Under the pieces are notes generated by a model. The model did no database searches. It was given only the letters and a program-made list of their open reading frames with translations, and had not been told where the DNA came from. Below, in pieces: positions 26,145 through 35,820 of a stretch of 64,000 nt of DNA; within the stretch, counting starts at the first letter, position 1; each line of letters opens with the position of its first letter. This DNA is from Candidatus Thorarchaeota archaeon (GTDB taxonomy: Archaea; Asgardarchaeota; Thorarchaeia; Thorarchaeales; Thorarchaeaceae). The stretch spans positions 15,983 through 79,982 of the forward strand of contig PRDI01000058.1 of the NCBI GenBank assembly GCA_003345595.1, read 5' to 3'. The translations under genes and the position numbers were made by a program.

Positions 26145-27271
26145 ACATCCATCCTAAACAGTTCTCTTGGAGACCGCGTCAGAGCATCGCACCCTGTTTC
26201 CGTGACACTGACCAGGTCCTCTATCCTTATTCCGAATCTGCCTTCTAGGTAGATTCCAGGCTCAACACTGTGTGTCATACCAGGTTTCAGCTGAAGTGCG
26301 TTGCCTTTCACCAAGTATGGTGGTTCGTGAACTTGAAGCCCTACTCCATGACCAAGCCTGTGAGTGAAGTACTGCCCGTAGCCGTTTTCCTCGATCAAGC
26401 GGCGGGCAATCCCGTCTGCATCGCTGCAGGTCAAGCCAGGTGAGATTCGATTCAATGCTGCTTGCTCAGCTTGCAGGACAACAGAATAGACATTCTCCTG
26501 CTCACTCGTTGGCTCTCCGGCGACAGCCATTCTGGTGATGTCCGTGTTGTAGCCTCCAACAGAACAGCCGCAGTCAAACAAGACCATATCGCCCCTATGG
26601 AGCGTACGATCTCCGGACTCGGCGTGTGGGAGGGCTGTGTTCTCGCCGAACTGGACCGTGGTGAAAGTCGGGACTGCCCTGCTCTGAACATCCTCATTGA
26701 TGACCAGCTGGCTCAGCTCCAGTTCTGTCATTCCGGCCTGTGCTTGGCTCATAGCCCTAGCAACCGATCCATCTATGATCCTGCTGGCCTCCTTCATAGC
26801 AGCTATCTCGTTTCGGTCCTTGATGATACGCATTGAGTCCAGCTCGCGGGTGAGCGAAGTCCTCTTCGTGACCTTGCCGAGGGCCCTCTCAAGCGACCAA
26901 TACACTCCCATCGGAAGGCTGTCGTCGAAGAGCAGCGAGTATCCAGCCTTCCTCGGTCCCGCAATCTTGGCAACCAGCGAGTAAGGGTCATCTGTTTCGT
27001 CCCAAGGATGGAACCTCTTGACCCATGTCAACCGGGACAGGTTCGAGATCTCAAAGCTTGGCGCCACGATTTGTGGCGGCCCGTCTGCCGTAATAACGAG
27101 GGCGATGAGACGCTCACGCATTTCATAGTGGATGCCAGTCAGATACTGGAAGTTAGGGGAGGGAGTCAAGAAAGCGAAGTCCGCCTTTGAATCACGAGTG
27201 ACGTCCTGTACTCTATTCATTCTCTTGGCATACGGAGCCATTGACATGTTCTCTGTGAGCAGATGGCGCAC
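26141..27271 (-). CDS. pepQ: Xaa-Pro peptidase (M24B, prolidase/aminopeptidase P)
   Basis: DCG...YNTDITR, HRLGHGVGLQVHEPP, SVEPGIY, GIRIED. Confidence 0.9.
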   Translation of the reverse strand: MRHLLTENMSMAPYAKRMNRVQDVTRDSKADFAFLTPSPNFQYLTGIHYEMRERLIALVITADGPPQIVAPSFEISNLSRLTWVKRFHPWDETDDPYSLVAKIAGPRKAGYSLLFDDSLPMGVYWSLERALGKVTKRTSLTRELDSMRIIKDRNEIAAMKEASRIIDGSVARAMSQAQAGMTELELSQLVINEDVQSRAVPTFTTVQFGENTALPHAESGDRTLHRGDMVLFDCGCSVGGYNTDITRMAVAGEPTSEQENVYSVVLQAEQAALNRISPGLTCSDADGIARRLIEENGYGQYFTHRLGHGVGLQVHEPPYLVKGNALQLKPGMTHSVEPGIYLEGRFGIRIEDLVSVTETGCDALTRSPRELFRMDV

Positions 27272-27369
27272 CGATAACTTGTTCGGTGGCGCAGGCGCAC
27301 CTGACGCTAGCAGAATCAGAGTTATATAGAGTCAGAAGTCGGCTCGTCTTCAGGACTGCAGGTGACTGA

Positions 27370-28722
27370 ATGTCTGAGCTAGAACCGCCATGTGAGATGC
27401 AGAAGCTTCCTGCTAGTGTCTATGCGGTCGGCTCGCTCACAATGTTCGCTCAGGGACTCTATGGGCCTTTTCTGAATACCTACATTCTCGATATGGGCGC
27501 AAACTACGCGGAGCTGGGTGTCTTCCGGAGCGTCGGCAACATCAGTCCCGCCATACTGCAACCTGCATGGGGCGCCGCGTCAGACAAGCTAGGACACACA
27601 AAGGCTTTCGTGGCTTTTGGGACCATAACCGGGCTGTTCATGGTCTATCTGTTTCTCTGGGCTTGGACGCCGCTAGACATGATAGTGCTCTACGCAATCC
27701 AGTGCATCCTGTTCAGTGTCCAGATTCCTACTTGGTTGTCTCTTGTCGGATGTCTCATGCACGAGTCCAAGAGAGGTTCGGAGCTCGGTCGACTTGGGAT
27801 GGTGACGAACCTAGCTTCTCTCGTGGCGACGCTGGTGGCCGGGGCAATAATGGTCTATCCATCAGTAATCCCTGTCTTCAAATCGTTCTGGGGCACCTTC
27901 GGAAATGTTCTCTTTCCTTCAGGACAAGTCTGGAGAGAAGTCTACATAGTTCCATTCTACATGACGGCCATGATAGGGATTGTGGCATCAATCCTTTCAC
28001 TGAAGATAAATGAGCGACCTCGGATGAATGGTGAGAGGCGAGGTTTTCCCCCCGTTCTCAAGCTACTTACGCGGCCCGGGGACTTCCGCAAATTCTGCTT
28101 CACTGCTACGTTCTTTTCATTTGCAATGTCGATGGCTTGGCCATTCTTCATAGTCGTGCAGCGAGAATGGTTGGGCAATACTCTTTTCGAGATTGCCGTA
28201 GCATCGGCAATATCGACGGTAATGACAGTGGCTATGACCATTCCCTTTGGGCGGCTTAGCGACCGAGTAGGGCGGCGTCCCCTGATTTTCACAGGGAGGT
28301 TTCTCTTGTTCTTTGTCCCATTGTTATATCTCATGGCTACCGATACGTTTCTGATATACGTGTCAAACGCTATTGCAGGCATAGCCACTGCGGCTTCTGT
28401 GAATGCGAACACCGCCTACATCTATGATGTCGCTCCGGAGGGAGAGAGAGGGTCGCATGTTGCGGTCTACAATACCTTCACAGGTATAGTGTTCCTCTTT
28501 GGCTCACTAATATCCGGGATAATGGGACAGTTGTTCATAGATACCGGGCTTCTCGGGGCCCACCAATCGGTTTTCACGATGCTTGGGATAAGCACCGTCC
28601 TTCGGTTCATAGCCTCGTTCGTCTACTTGGATTTGAAAGAGCCACGTGTCTATCATTCGACCATCTGGGCTGAGTTCCGGGCTTTGGTCCATAGGCGACG
28701 CCATGACTCCGAAACGCCGTGA
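27370..28722 (+). CDS. MFS transporter
   Basis: About 12 TMs; motif A GAASDKLG and GRLSDRVGRRP. Confidence 0.9.
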   Translation: MSELEPPCEMQKLPASVYAVGSLTMFAQGLYGPFLNTYILDMGANYAELGVFRSVGNISPAILQPAWGAASDKLGHTKAFVAFGTITGLFMVYLFLWAWTPLDMIVLYAIQCILFSVQIPTWLSLVGCLMHESKRGSELGRLGMVTNLASLVATLVAGAIMVYPSVIPVFKSFWGTFGNVLFPSGQVWREVYIVPFYMTAMIGIVASILSLKINERPRMNGERRGFPPVLKLLTRPGDFRKFCFTATFFSFAMSMAWPFFIVVQREWLGNTLFEIAVASAISTVMTVAMTIPFGRLSDRVGRRPLIFTGRFLLFFVPLLYLMATDTFLIYVSNAIAGIATAASVNANTAYIYDVAPEGERGSHVAVYNTFTGIVFLFGSLISGIMGQLFIDTGLLGAHQSVFTMLGISTVLRFIASFVYLDLKEPRVYHSTIWAEFRALVHRRRHDSETP

Positions 28723-28795
28723 TTCTTCTGTTATAGACAGGCTTAAGGATGCGGTCCCATTCACCTGAGTCTGCACTCTGAGAGGACTGCAATTC

Positions 28796-29149
28796 TTGAG
28801 GAATGATCCGAGCTTCGAGGAAGGCTGGAAAATCGAGATGAGAAGAGGCCTCCTGGAGTATGCGGTCCTCGCAATAGTGAAGCGGCATCAAGAGGGTATA
28901 CACGGTTATGGCATTGCAAGGGAACTTGAGGAGAAGACGGATGGGCTGCTTGAAGTGAAGGAGGGAACGCTCTACCCCATTCTGCACAGGTTACGAGAGG
29001 ACAGACTTCTCAACGTTAGGGCTGAGAGGTCGGACACAGGACCGAGTCGAAAAGTGTATGTGCTTACGGGTGAGGGTGACCGCGTCTATCGTGAGCTCTC
29101 TTTCATGCTTGCTAGGATGTATGAGAAGCTGGAGGCATTGTCTCGATGA
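28796..29149 (+). CDS. PadR family transcriptional regulator
   Basis: RRGLLEYAVL, HGYGI, EGTLYPILHRL, GPSRKVYVLT. Confidence 0.93.
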   Translation: MRNDPSFEEGWKIEMRRGLLEYAVLAIVKRHQEGIHGYGIARELEEKTDGLLEVKEGTLYPILHRLREDRLLNVRAERSDTGPSRKVYVLTGEGDRVYRELSFMLARMYEKLEALSR

Positions 29150-29604
29150 GCGAGCGAAACGTCGAAGACGTGATAGGCGACTATGTGAAGAGAACCCGGA
29201 AGGTCTTGCCCAAGGGGCGAGAAGCCGAAGATTTACTGGATGATCTCAGGAATCACATTCTCGATTCACTCGCCGACAAGAGTGAACAGAAACCCGGAGT
29301 CAGCCAGCTGGAATTGGTTGGAGAGGTCCTGAAAGAACTTGGCGATCCGGAGGACATAGCTCGTGAGTTCGAGTCGACACACCCGGAGGAACCGGCTACG
29401 AGAAGACGCAAGACGATCAGGCTCGTTGCGAGACTAGTGTTTGCAATAGCGGTCGTAATTGTCGCTGCAGCTGTGGTTTCCAGTGTTCCACTTGGACAGC
29501 AGGAAGAGCCCTCAGTGGACTTCTTCACTGCCTTTATCGTTCTAATGGTGTTTGCGGTTGCAGAGTGGTATGTCAGAGCGTGGCAGACTAGATCTGTAGA
29601 TTAG
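29146..29604 (+). CDS. PadR-associated membrane protein (helical N-terminal domain + 2 TM)
   Basis: DLLDDLRNHILD and LGDPEDIAREF are typical of the permease-prefix/HAAS-type domain. ATGA overlap with PadR. Confidence 0.75.
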   Translation: MSERNVEDVIGDYVKRTRKVLPKGREAEDLLDDLRNHILDSLADKSEQKPGVSQLELVGEVLKELGDPEDIAREFESTHPEEPATRRRKTIRLVARLVFAIAVVIVAAAVVSSVPLGQQEEPSVDFFTAFIVLMVFAVAEWYVRAWQTRSVD

Positions 29605-29712
29605 CCCTTTGCACTGTGCTTTCACACCTTGGCTCTCTGCAAGCCACGCACCACTCTGTGTCAAGCCTGTAACACACACAAACAAATGCTTGCTGTGACC
29701 TCGTCGCAGAGC

Positions 29713-29810
29713 GAGTGGAGGCTTCACTAGGGATTCACTAGTTCTAGAGCACCCTCAGTAACTCCTCGACACCCCTCCCTACCTATTTTGACAGCGTGAA
29801 ACCTCCACTC
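29713..29810 (-). other. Candidate structured RNA / inverted-repeat element between convergent genes
   Basis: 15-bp inverted repeat 29713-29727 / 29796-29810 whose only mismatch is a U-G wobble on the minus strand. Stacked 6-bp helix 29728-29733 / 29776-29781. Confidence 0.45.
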
Positions 29811-29900
29811 CTCCTTTACTCACAACCGAGCTGATTGGGCACAAACACCTTGGTCATGGCAGGCAGTCCTGCGCGGCTGGATCAAGGTGTCGTGAGAGTA

Positions 29901-30500
29901 TCAGAACTCGACCGTGTGTATCTGGTAGAAGTCCTTAGGATGATCACATGCAGGACACTTCTCGGGCGGACTAGTTCCTTCGTGGATGTAGCCACAGTTC
30001 GAACACCGCCACTTAACCTTGGTTTCACGCTTGAACACGCGACCTTTGGCTATGTTGTCAGCCAGCATCGTGTAGCGCTGCTCATGCCATGACTCCGCTT
30101 TCGCAATAGCCTTCCATACTGCGGCAATCTGCGTGAACCCTTCTTTCTCCGCAGTTTCCGCAAAATTGGGATAGATTTGCGAGGTTTCCAAATGCTCTCC
30201 TGCGGCGGCAGCCCGAAGGTTCTGCTCGGTCGTACCGAGCGGCCCTGTCGGGTACTCCGCTTCAATCTTGACCATAGCGCCAGTCTTGTTGTCTTGAAGC
30301 AGCTTGAAGAATCGGGACGCATGCTCTCTCTCTTGGCCCGCTGTTTCCTCGAAGATGGCCGATATCTGGATGAACCCCTCCTTCTTCGCTGTGCTTGCAT
30401 AGTAAGTGTAGCGGTTCCGAGCCTGCGACTCGCCAGCGAAAGAAGCTAGGAGATTCTTCTCAGTCTTTGATCCTTTCAGTTCCACTTTGATTGCCTCCAT
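29901..30500 (-). CDS. rbr: Rubrerythrin
   Basis: FAGESQARNRY, EREHA, ESWHEQRY diiron motifs; C-terminal CSNC...CPAC rubredoxin-like site. Confidence 0.96.
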   Translation of the reverse strand: MEAIKVELKGSKTEKNLLASFAGESQARNRYTYYASTAKKEGFIQISAIFEETAGQEREHASRFFKLLQDNKTGAMVKIEAEYPTGPLGTTEQNLRAAAAGEHLETSQIYPNFAETAEKEGFTQIAAVWKAIAKAESWHEQRYTMLADNIAKGRVFKRETKVKWRCSNCGYIHEGTSPPEKCPACDHPKDFYQIHTVEF

Positions 30501-30630
30501 TCGTCCCCCAACAAACGTACTCGCCAGCTGTGAATGCGTGTTTTCGGGGACAGAATGCGGCCGGCTGACAAACGTTCGCTATTAAGTATGACCGTACAGC
30601 ACAATCGCAATCCTAGAAAGTGCGAGCCTG

Positions 30631-31827
30631 TTATAGGCGAACCTTTGCAGCGATGGTTTCCGCAAGACGCTTGCAGTCTTCCAGTTCTTGACTTGTAGGC
30701 CTACCATGCACGTCGATTGTGGGCTCCAGAACCTCGAACTTTAGGTCTTCGAACTTGTCTTTCAGCCGCTTAACACCGCCGCCTCCCCATCCGAAGGTGC
30801 CGAACAGACCAATCGGTCTTTTGGCAAATCTCTTTCCTTCCATCTCGTCAACGAAAGCCCAGACTCTCGGAAATGGATACGCATCATAGGTTGGAGTGCC
30901 GATGGCTATGACGCCCGCCCGCAAGCTATCGGTGACGACCTTGCTCATGTCTGAGTAGGAGAGGTTATGGATCTTGACCGGGACTGAAAGATTCTCAAGT
31001 TCTCTCTTGAGTGTCATGGCAACCCTCTGAGTAAAACCATACATTGTTCCGTATATGATCGTGCATCCCTTCTCAAGATCGGGTGAACTCCACTCTGAAT
31101 ACCGATTGATGATCCACGTCGGATCCCTGCGGTACACCGGGCCGTGACTAGGAGCGACCATCTTCAGATCAATGCCCAGTCCAGTGACCTTGGCAATAGC
31201 TTGCTGTATGAACTTGAGGTAACTAGTGATTATCACTGAGAGATACCTCCTGCTCTCGGACTCCACCATACGCATGTCGATTTCGTCGTCAAAGTGGTTT
31301 CCATTCAGTGCACCGAACGAACCGAACGCGTCACAGGAGAACAGAATATGGTCTTGCATGTCGTAGGTCATCATGGTTTCAGGCCAGTGTAGAAACTGGG
31401 TGTGCAAAAACTTCAAGGTACGCTTACCGAGGGATAGTTCCTCCAGATCGGTGACTGTCTTCTCCCTCAGTCTGACATCGTAGAATGACTTCTGCATATC
31501 TGATGCCTTGGGCGTGTAGATCATGGTCGCGTTTTCCGCAAGCTTGGCGATGTGAGGAAGCGCACCAGTGTGGTCTGGCTCCATGTGATTCATGATGATG
31601 TAGTCAATCTTGGCTGGGTCCACTACCTCTCTTATGTTGCCGATCCATTCGTCTGCCCAAGGTTCCTTGACGCACTCAATCAAGGCTATCTTGTCATCGA
31701 CGATTAGGTAGCTATTGTATGATACGCCGTGAGGGAGTGCCCAAAGGTTCTCGAAAAGAACTGTGTGGTGGTCATCTACGCCAACATAGTATACACCTTT
31801 GACAATCTCTCGATTCACATGATTCAC
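30631..31827 (-). CDS. fprA: Flavodiiron protein (FprA family)
   Basis: HMEPDH, LHWPETM, SCDAFG, PSHG, then flavodoxin-like YGTMYGFT and GTFGWGG. Confidence 0.95.
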   Translation of the reverse strand: MNHVNREIVKGVYYVGVDDHHTVLFENLWALPHGVSYNSYLIVDDKIALIECVKEPWADEWIGNIREVVDPAKIDYIIMNHMEPDHTGALPHIAKLAENATMIYTPKASDMQKSFYDVRLREKTVTDLEELSLGKRTLKFLHTQFLHWPETMMTYDMQDHILFSCDAFGSFGALNGNHFDDEIDMRMVESESRRYLSVIITSYLKFIQQAIAKVTGLGIDLKMVAPSHGPVYRRDPTWIINRYSEWSSPDLEKGCTIIYGTMYGFTQRVAMTLKRELENLSVPVKIHNLSYSDMSKVVTDSLRAGVIAIGTPTYDAYPFPRVWAFVDEMEGKRFAKRPIGLFGTFGWGGGGVKRLKDKFEDLKFEVLEPTIDVHGRPTSQELEDCKRLAETIAAKVRL

Positions 31828-31958
31828 CTACGAGTAAGTCACGGTCTGAATCCCTCATAAAAGCTACACGGCGTGGCAAAGAGAGCCAGGAACAGTGAGG
31901 GCCGGGTCGTGCCGCAGTCCAATAAGGGATAAGTGCATGCGTTGCTTGTCAGTGTCAC

Positions 31959-32555
31959 TTGTCGGAGCTGTGCGCATTGAACAAACGCTCCATTGCTGCC
32001 GTCATGATTCTAGCTGCTGCGATGGCAGCGTCCACACTACTCTCTGTCAGCAGCTTGGGTGTACTACCCTTCGACGCAGCTGACTTTTGGATGGAACCCT
32101 TTTCCTCGCGCACCTCGTATGCAGACTGCAATGCCGGGGACGTGCTTCATGGGACGTTTGAAGTCATACAGGATGGCGACCTCTTCCCGGGCGATCAGAC
32201 CAAGTACGATATTTGGCTGATTGAGGGTGTTGACTTCTTCATCTTTGATGAGTCAAACTATAATCTTTGGCTCGAGGGAAGCTATGCCATAGCCGCCTAT
32301 GCGAATGAACGAGTGTCTGCGCTATCCTGGAGCGTCCGGGTTCCGGAGTCCGGGCGCTGGTATGTTGTATATTCCAACGGGGCAGTATTCAGGAAACATG
32401 TGACGGCAATGAGTTCACGTTCAGGAAGTGCGTGGTTGGCCTTTCTTGTTGTTCCGTCTGTGTCAGTAGGCTGCTTCCTGTTGGGCTTCTTCTTGCTGGG
32501 CCGATTCTGGAGTGGCAGACAGTCGGTGGTTCCGACTGGGGAAATCCGACACTGA
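31959..32555 (+). CDS. Membrane-anchored beta-sandwich protein, p24/GOLD-like
   Basis: N-terminal signal-like segment, beta-rich domain ending GRWYVVYSNGAVFRKHV, single C-terminal TM, short tail. Confidence 0.55.
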   Translation: MSELCALNKRSIAAVMILAAAMAASTLLSVSSLGVLPFDAADFWMEPFSSRTSYADCNAGDVLHGTFEVIQDGDLFPGDQTKYDIWLIEGVDFFIFDESNYNLWLEGSYAIAAYANERVSALSWSVRVPESGRWYVVYSNGAVFRKHVTAMSSRSGSAWLAFLVVPSVSVGCFLLGFFLLGRFWSGRQSVVPTGEIRH

Positions 32556-32603
32556 TGGTGTGAGTAGCTGGAAACTCAGTCTGGTCCAGCTTTCTCACAA
32601 GAT

Positions 32604-33032
32604 TCAGGTGGTCTGTTGCTGGGGTGCACTTTCCTTGGCAGGCTCATGCAGCGCCTCATCGATGAGCTGTACTGCGTTTCTTCCGAGCAATCCACCAAAG
32701 CCTCCTAGCAGAGCTCCCAACAACACACTGATGACTATCACGAGCATTCCCATTCCACTTAGTCCCAAAAGACCGATGAAGAAATCAGCTATTTCCAGTG
32801 CAGATGCTGAAAACGAGAGGTATGCAAACAATAGGGTCCAAGCGATAGCCACTCCGACGAAACCAACCAAAAAAGCACGCTTGGAAGTCCGCGTGAACAG
32901 CGACCCGAGTATCCCGGCGATCAGCATGGTCACCCACGATCCACTCAGCTCGAGCACAATGGCGAAGATGGTCGCGATGATGATTGCGGGAACAAGTTTC
33001 AAAGATGGGAATATGTCGTCAATCTTACGCAT
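32604..33032 (-). CDS. Small Gly-rich multi-pass membrane protein
   Basis: About 4 hydrophobic segments with a GGFGGLLG motif. Co-oriented 11 nt after the acylase stop. Confidence 0.7.
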   Translation of the reverse strand: MRKIDDIFPSLKLVPAIIIATIFAIVLELSGSWVTMLIAGILGSLFTRTSKRAFLVGFVGVAIAWTLLFAYLSFSASALEIADFFIGLLGLSGMGMLVIVISVLLGALLGGFGGLLGRNAVQLIDEALHEPAKESAPQQQTT

Positions 33033-33043
33033 TATGTCACCTC

Positions 33044-35620
33044 CTACGGAACAAACGTCACAGTCCTCTCAATCATCGTGTTCGTTGTGTCTGCCGCGCG
33101 AAATGCTTCAGCTGTATTATAGAAATACAAGAGGTTGTAGCCGTACTGCTGAGTTGCTTCGTCAAAAGCATACCACAAGTCGAAGAGATCGTCCCAGTGA
33201 GGACTGAAGAGATTGCCACTCTGTCCTGCTGGAATCACACCATAAGACATCTGAATGTTGCTCAGGTCTGCGACCATCCTCCATGAAGGTCCGTGTGTCA
33301 CTCTCCAGCCGCCTGCCGCGTTCAAGGTGTTCTGCCCTCGGTGGGGTCCACCACCGATGTACGTAAAATCGGCAAGATGGTCAACGAAGACTCTGTGGTG
33401 GACGCCGTAGACCCAATTGGCTGGATCATTGCCGAAGTCTCCAATCATATCATTGAGAGCACGATGAAGAGCCCTGACAAGTATTTGATTCCGGGTTTCA
33501 ACAGTCCCATTTGTCGTGTGGTCATCAAGATAGTATGCATTGTTATCCTTGATGATCTTCTCGATTATGGGTGTTCGAGACAGCGGAAGCGCGGAGTCAA
33601 TCGATCTGACCTCATCAAGGATCTCATAGTGAATTGCATCGCGGAGGTACATCCAGAAAGTGGGAGCGACTATGTCGGTATCCATGACGTAGTCCCAGTC
33701 GTCCAACCAGTTCACAGCCTGCTCGATACTGGTGTTGACATCTCCTGCACTAACCCAGGCGTACGTTACATAGGGCACGATCTCCTCAGCTCTGACTTCG
33801 AGTGAGTCTGCTTGGTACTGCTTCATATCATCGACGGTCACATTGTTGTTGGTTGCTAGGAGGTGGTCGATGCGACGTCCCCTGTAGCCGTCGTCAAAGG
33901 GTCCCAATAGCTTGAATCCGTAGGAACCGAAATCGATCGATTTCTGGTTTGCGGACTGCAAATAGCCCTGTGACGGGTTCACAGATCGAGGAATCAGGGC
34001 ATAGGGGATGTTGCTCACCATGCCTATCGAGTCGTTCAGTGCGGTGACCGGGTACTCACCTGTGTATCCCGATCTGATAGGGAACCTGCCACACACGGTT
34101 ATCGCTATGTTGCCCGCGTCATCGGCATAGATTATGTTTTGGGGTGGACTGTCCCACCAGTAGAGCGCATCATAGTATCCTTGGAGGTCGTTGGCTCTGT
34201 TTAGCTTGCTGATGGCAAGCAACGCAGTGGAAACATCACTTCCCGTCCAGTTCATTGCTATGTTGGACCCTGTGTCGGAGTCGAGCCCATATGTGTCCAC
34301 GACAGAATCGATGAGCGGTCCATGAACAGAGATCTTCACATCAAACGGGACATCGGATCCTCCTTTCACTCTGATCGTTTCGTCCACGACCTGGAATGCT
34401 CTGTACTGACCATTGTACATGTACGTGCTCGAGTTAGCGGGATTGAGCTGCTCAACAAACACATCGAGCACATCCGCGCCAACATTAGTGAAGCCCCAAG
34501 CGATATGGGCCGTGTGTCCCAGAATGACTCCTGGTAATCCGGGCAAAGTGACTCCAGTAACGTCTATCTCTCCGGGCACGACAATATGAGCCTCGTACCA
34601 GAGCGATGGGGCTTGTAGCCCTAGATGCGGGTCATTGGCCAGGATGGGCTCCCCGGTAGCCGACCTCAATCCGCTGACCGCCCAGTTGTTGCTGCCCAGC
34701 ATCTCCTCTTCGAACGGTCTGATGACGTCTTCGATGACTGCCATCAGAGCGTCCAGCTTCTCATTCGGTATGATAGCTTTGTCAACCATTGTCTGGCTGA
34801 CTAGACCCTCTGGGTTCGGGGTAGCAGGTTTTCCGCCAGGCGCATCGGGATATGTCGCCAAACTCAGGTTTGTTTGCTCGGGCACTATCGGCACATCGAA
34901 GGGCATGACATCAGGGAAGAGTTCATCATACATTGTGTCGTTGTCAATGGTTTCTCTCACCCACTGGCGATAGAAGTCCTCGAAGCCACCCGACAAGCCC
35001 CACGCCATCATCTCTGACCATATGAAGATGTCCAATCGAGTCCAGTGTACGGGTGTGAACCCGAGGATCTTGAACTCAATGGGTGTCATCGCGCTTGACA
35101 TGGAGTCGATGAATGCGTTTACCCCTTGGACCTCCGCGTCAACCACACTAAGGGAATATGCGATATCAGGATTGGCTTGGTGAGCTATACACCAGTCGAG
35201 GGTATTCTGAGCGGACCTTGCCAGTCCAATAGTACGGTAGAATTTGTCGCTACTGACGCCACGAGAACCGACGATTTCACTAATCCGCCCTGAGGCAAGG
35301 TAGTTCTGCAACACCATCTGGAACAACCTGTCCTTGGCATGAAGGTACCCCAAGGCCATGTAAGCATCTTCGGCTGTGTCACCGTATATGTGAGGGATAC
35401 CCCACTGGTCGATAATCACATCGACCTGCGCCGTGAGACCCGGCAGTTTCACTGTTTGCGCGGCAGGGTTCCTAGCCCCAAATCCCACATCAAAAATCCC
35501 GCCAATAGGCTGTATGATGCCCAGACCACCTGCCAGCGGTCCAATGGGCATGGTCAGAAGCACTATCAATACCGCAGGACCGACAAGCGACAGGCAAAAG
35601 CTGATGATTCTCTTCTTCAT
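33044..35620 (-). CDS. Penicillin acylase family Ntn hydrolase (S45; penicillin/AHL acylase-like), membrane anchored
   Basis: DQWGIPHIY, DRLFQM, catalytic GSNNW, ANDPHL, SANQ, GQSGN. N-terminal TM. Start moved to ATG 35620. Confidence 0.92.
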   Translation of the reverse strand: MKKRIISFCLSLVGPAVLIVLLTMPIGPLAGGLGIIQPIGGIFDVGFGARNPAAQTVKLPGLTAQVDVIIDQWGIPHIYGDTAEDAYMALGYLHAKDRLFQMVLQNYLASGRISEIVGSRGVSSDKFYRTIGLARSAQNTLDWCIAHQANPDIAYSLSVVDAEVQGVNAFIDSMSSAMTPIEFKILGFTPVHWTRLDIFIWSEMMAWGLSGGFEDFYRQWVRETIDNDTMYDELFPDVMPFDVPIVPEQTNLSLATYPDAPGGKPATPNPEGLVSQTMVDKAIIPNEKLDALMAVIEDVIRPFEEEMLGSNNWAVSGLRSATGEPILANDPHLGLQAPSLWYEAHIVVPGEIDVTGVTLPGLPGVILGHTAHIAWGFTNVGADVLDVFVEQLNPANSSTYMYNGQYRAFQVVDETIRVKGGSDVPFDVKISVHGPLIDSVVDTYGLDSDTGSNIAMNWTGSDVSTALLAISKLNRANDLQGYYDALYWWDSPPQNIIYADDAGNIAITVCGRFPIRSGYTGEYPVTALNDSIGMVSNIPYALIPRSVNPSQGYLQSANQKSIDFGSYGFKLLGPFDDGYRGRRIDHLLATNNNVTVDDMKQYQADSLEVRAEEIVPYVTYAWVSAGDVNTSIEQAVNWLDDWDYVMDTDIVAPTFWMYLRDAIHYEILDEVRSIDSALPLSRTPIIEKIIKDNNAYYLDDHTTNGTVETRNQILVRALHRALNDMIGDFGNDPANWVYGVHHRVFVDHLADFTYIGGGPHRGQNTLNAAGGWRVTHGPSWRMVADLSNIQMSYGVIPAGQSGNLFSPHWDDLFDLWYAFDEATQQYGYNLLYFYNTAEAFRAADTTNTMIERTVTFVP

Positions 35621-35820
35621 GCATCTCACCTTGAGCCCCGAAGTGTGGTCTAGAAGAGTGTGGTTCGCAACTGATAAGTCTTGGTGAAGGCAAATCTCGG
35701 GGGCATGTCCTGTTTTATGCAGAGGTACCCGAATTATCCAGTGCAATGGGCTGGTTCTCCATGTTTGTTGACAAGCTTTTTCAGTAAGATAGATGGCCGG
35801 TAACGAGGTCGTGAATCACC

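Noticed and set aside
29845-29890. SECIS element after rubrerythrin
   Set aside because: No in-frame UGA in rbr or fprA, and the hairpin lacks a clear SECIS core. Retained only as a generic structure.
32512-33207. 231-aa plus-strand ORF
   Set aside because: Antisense to the membrane gene 32604..33032 and the acylase 3' end.
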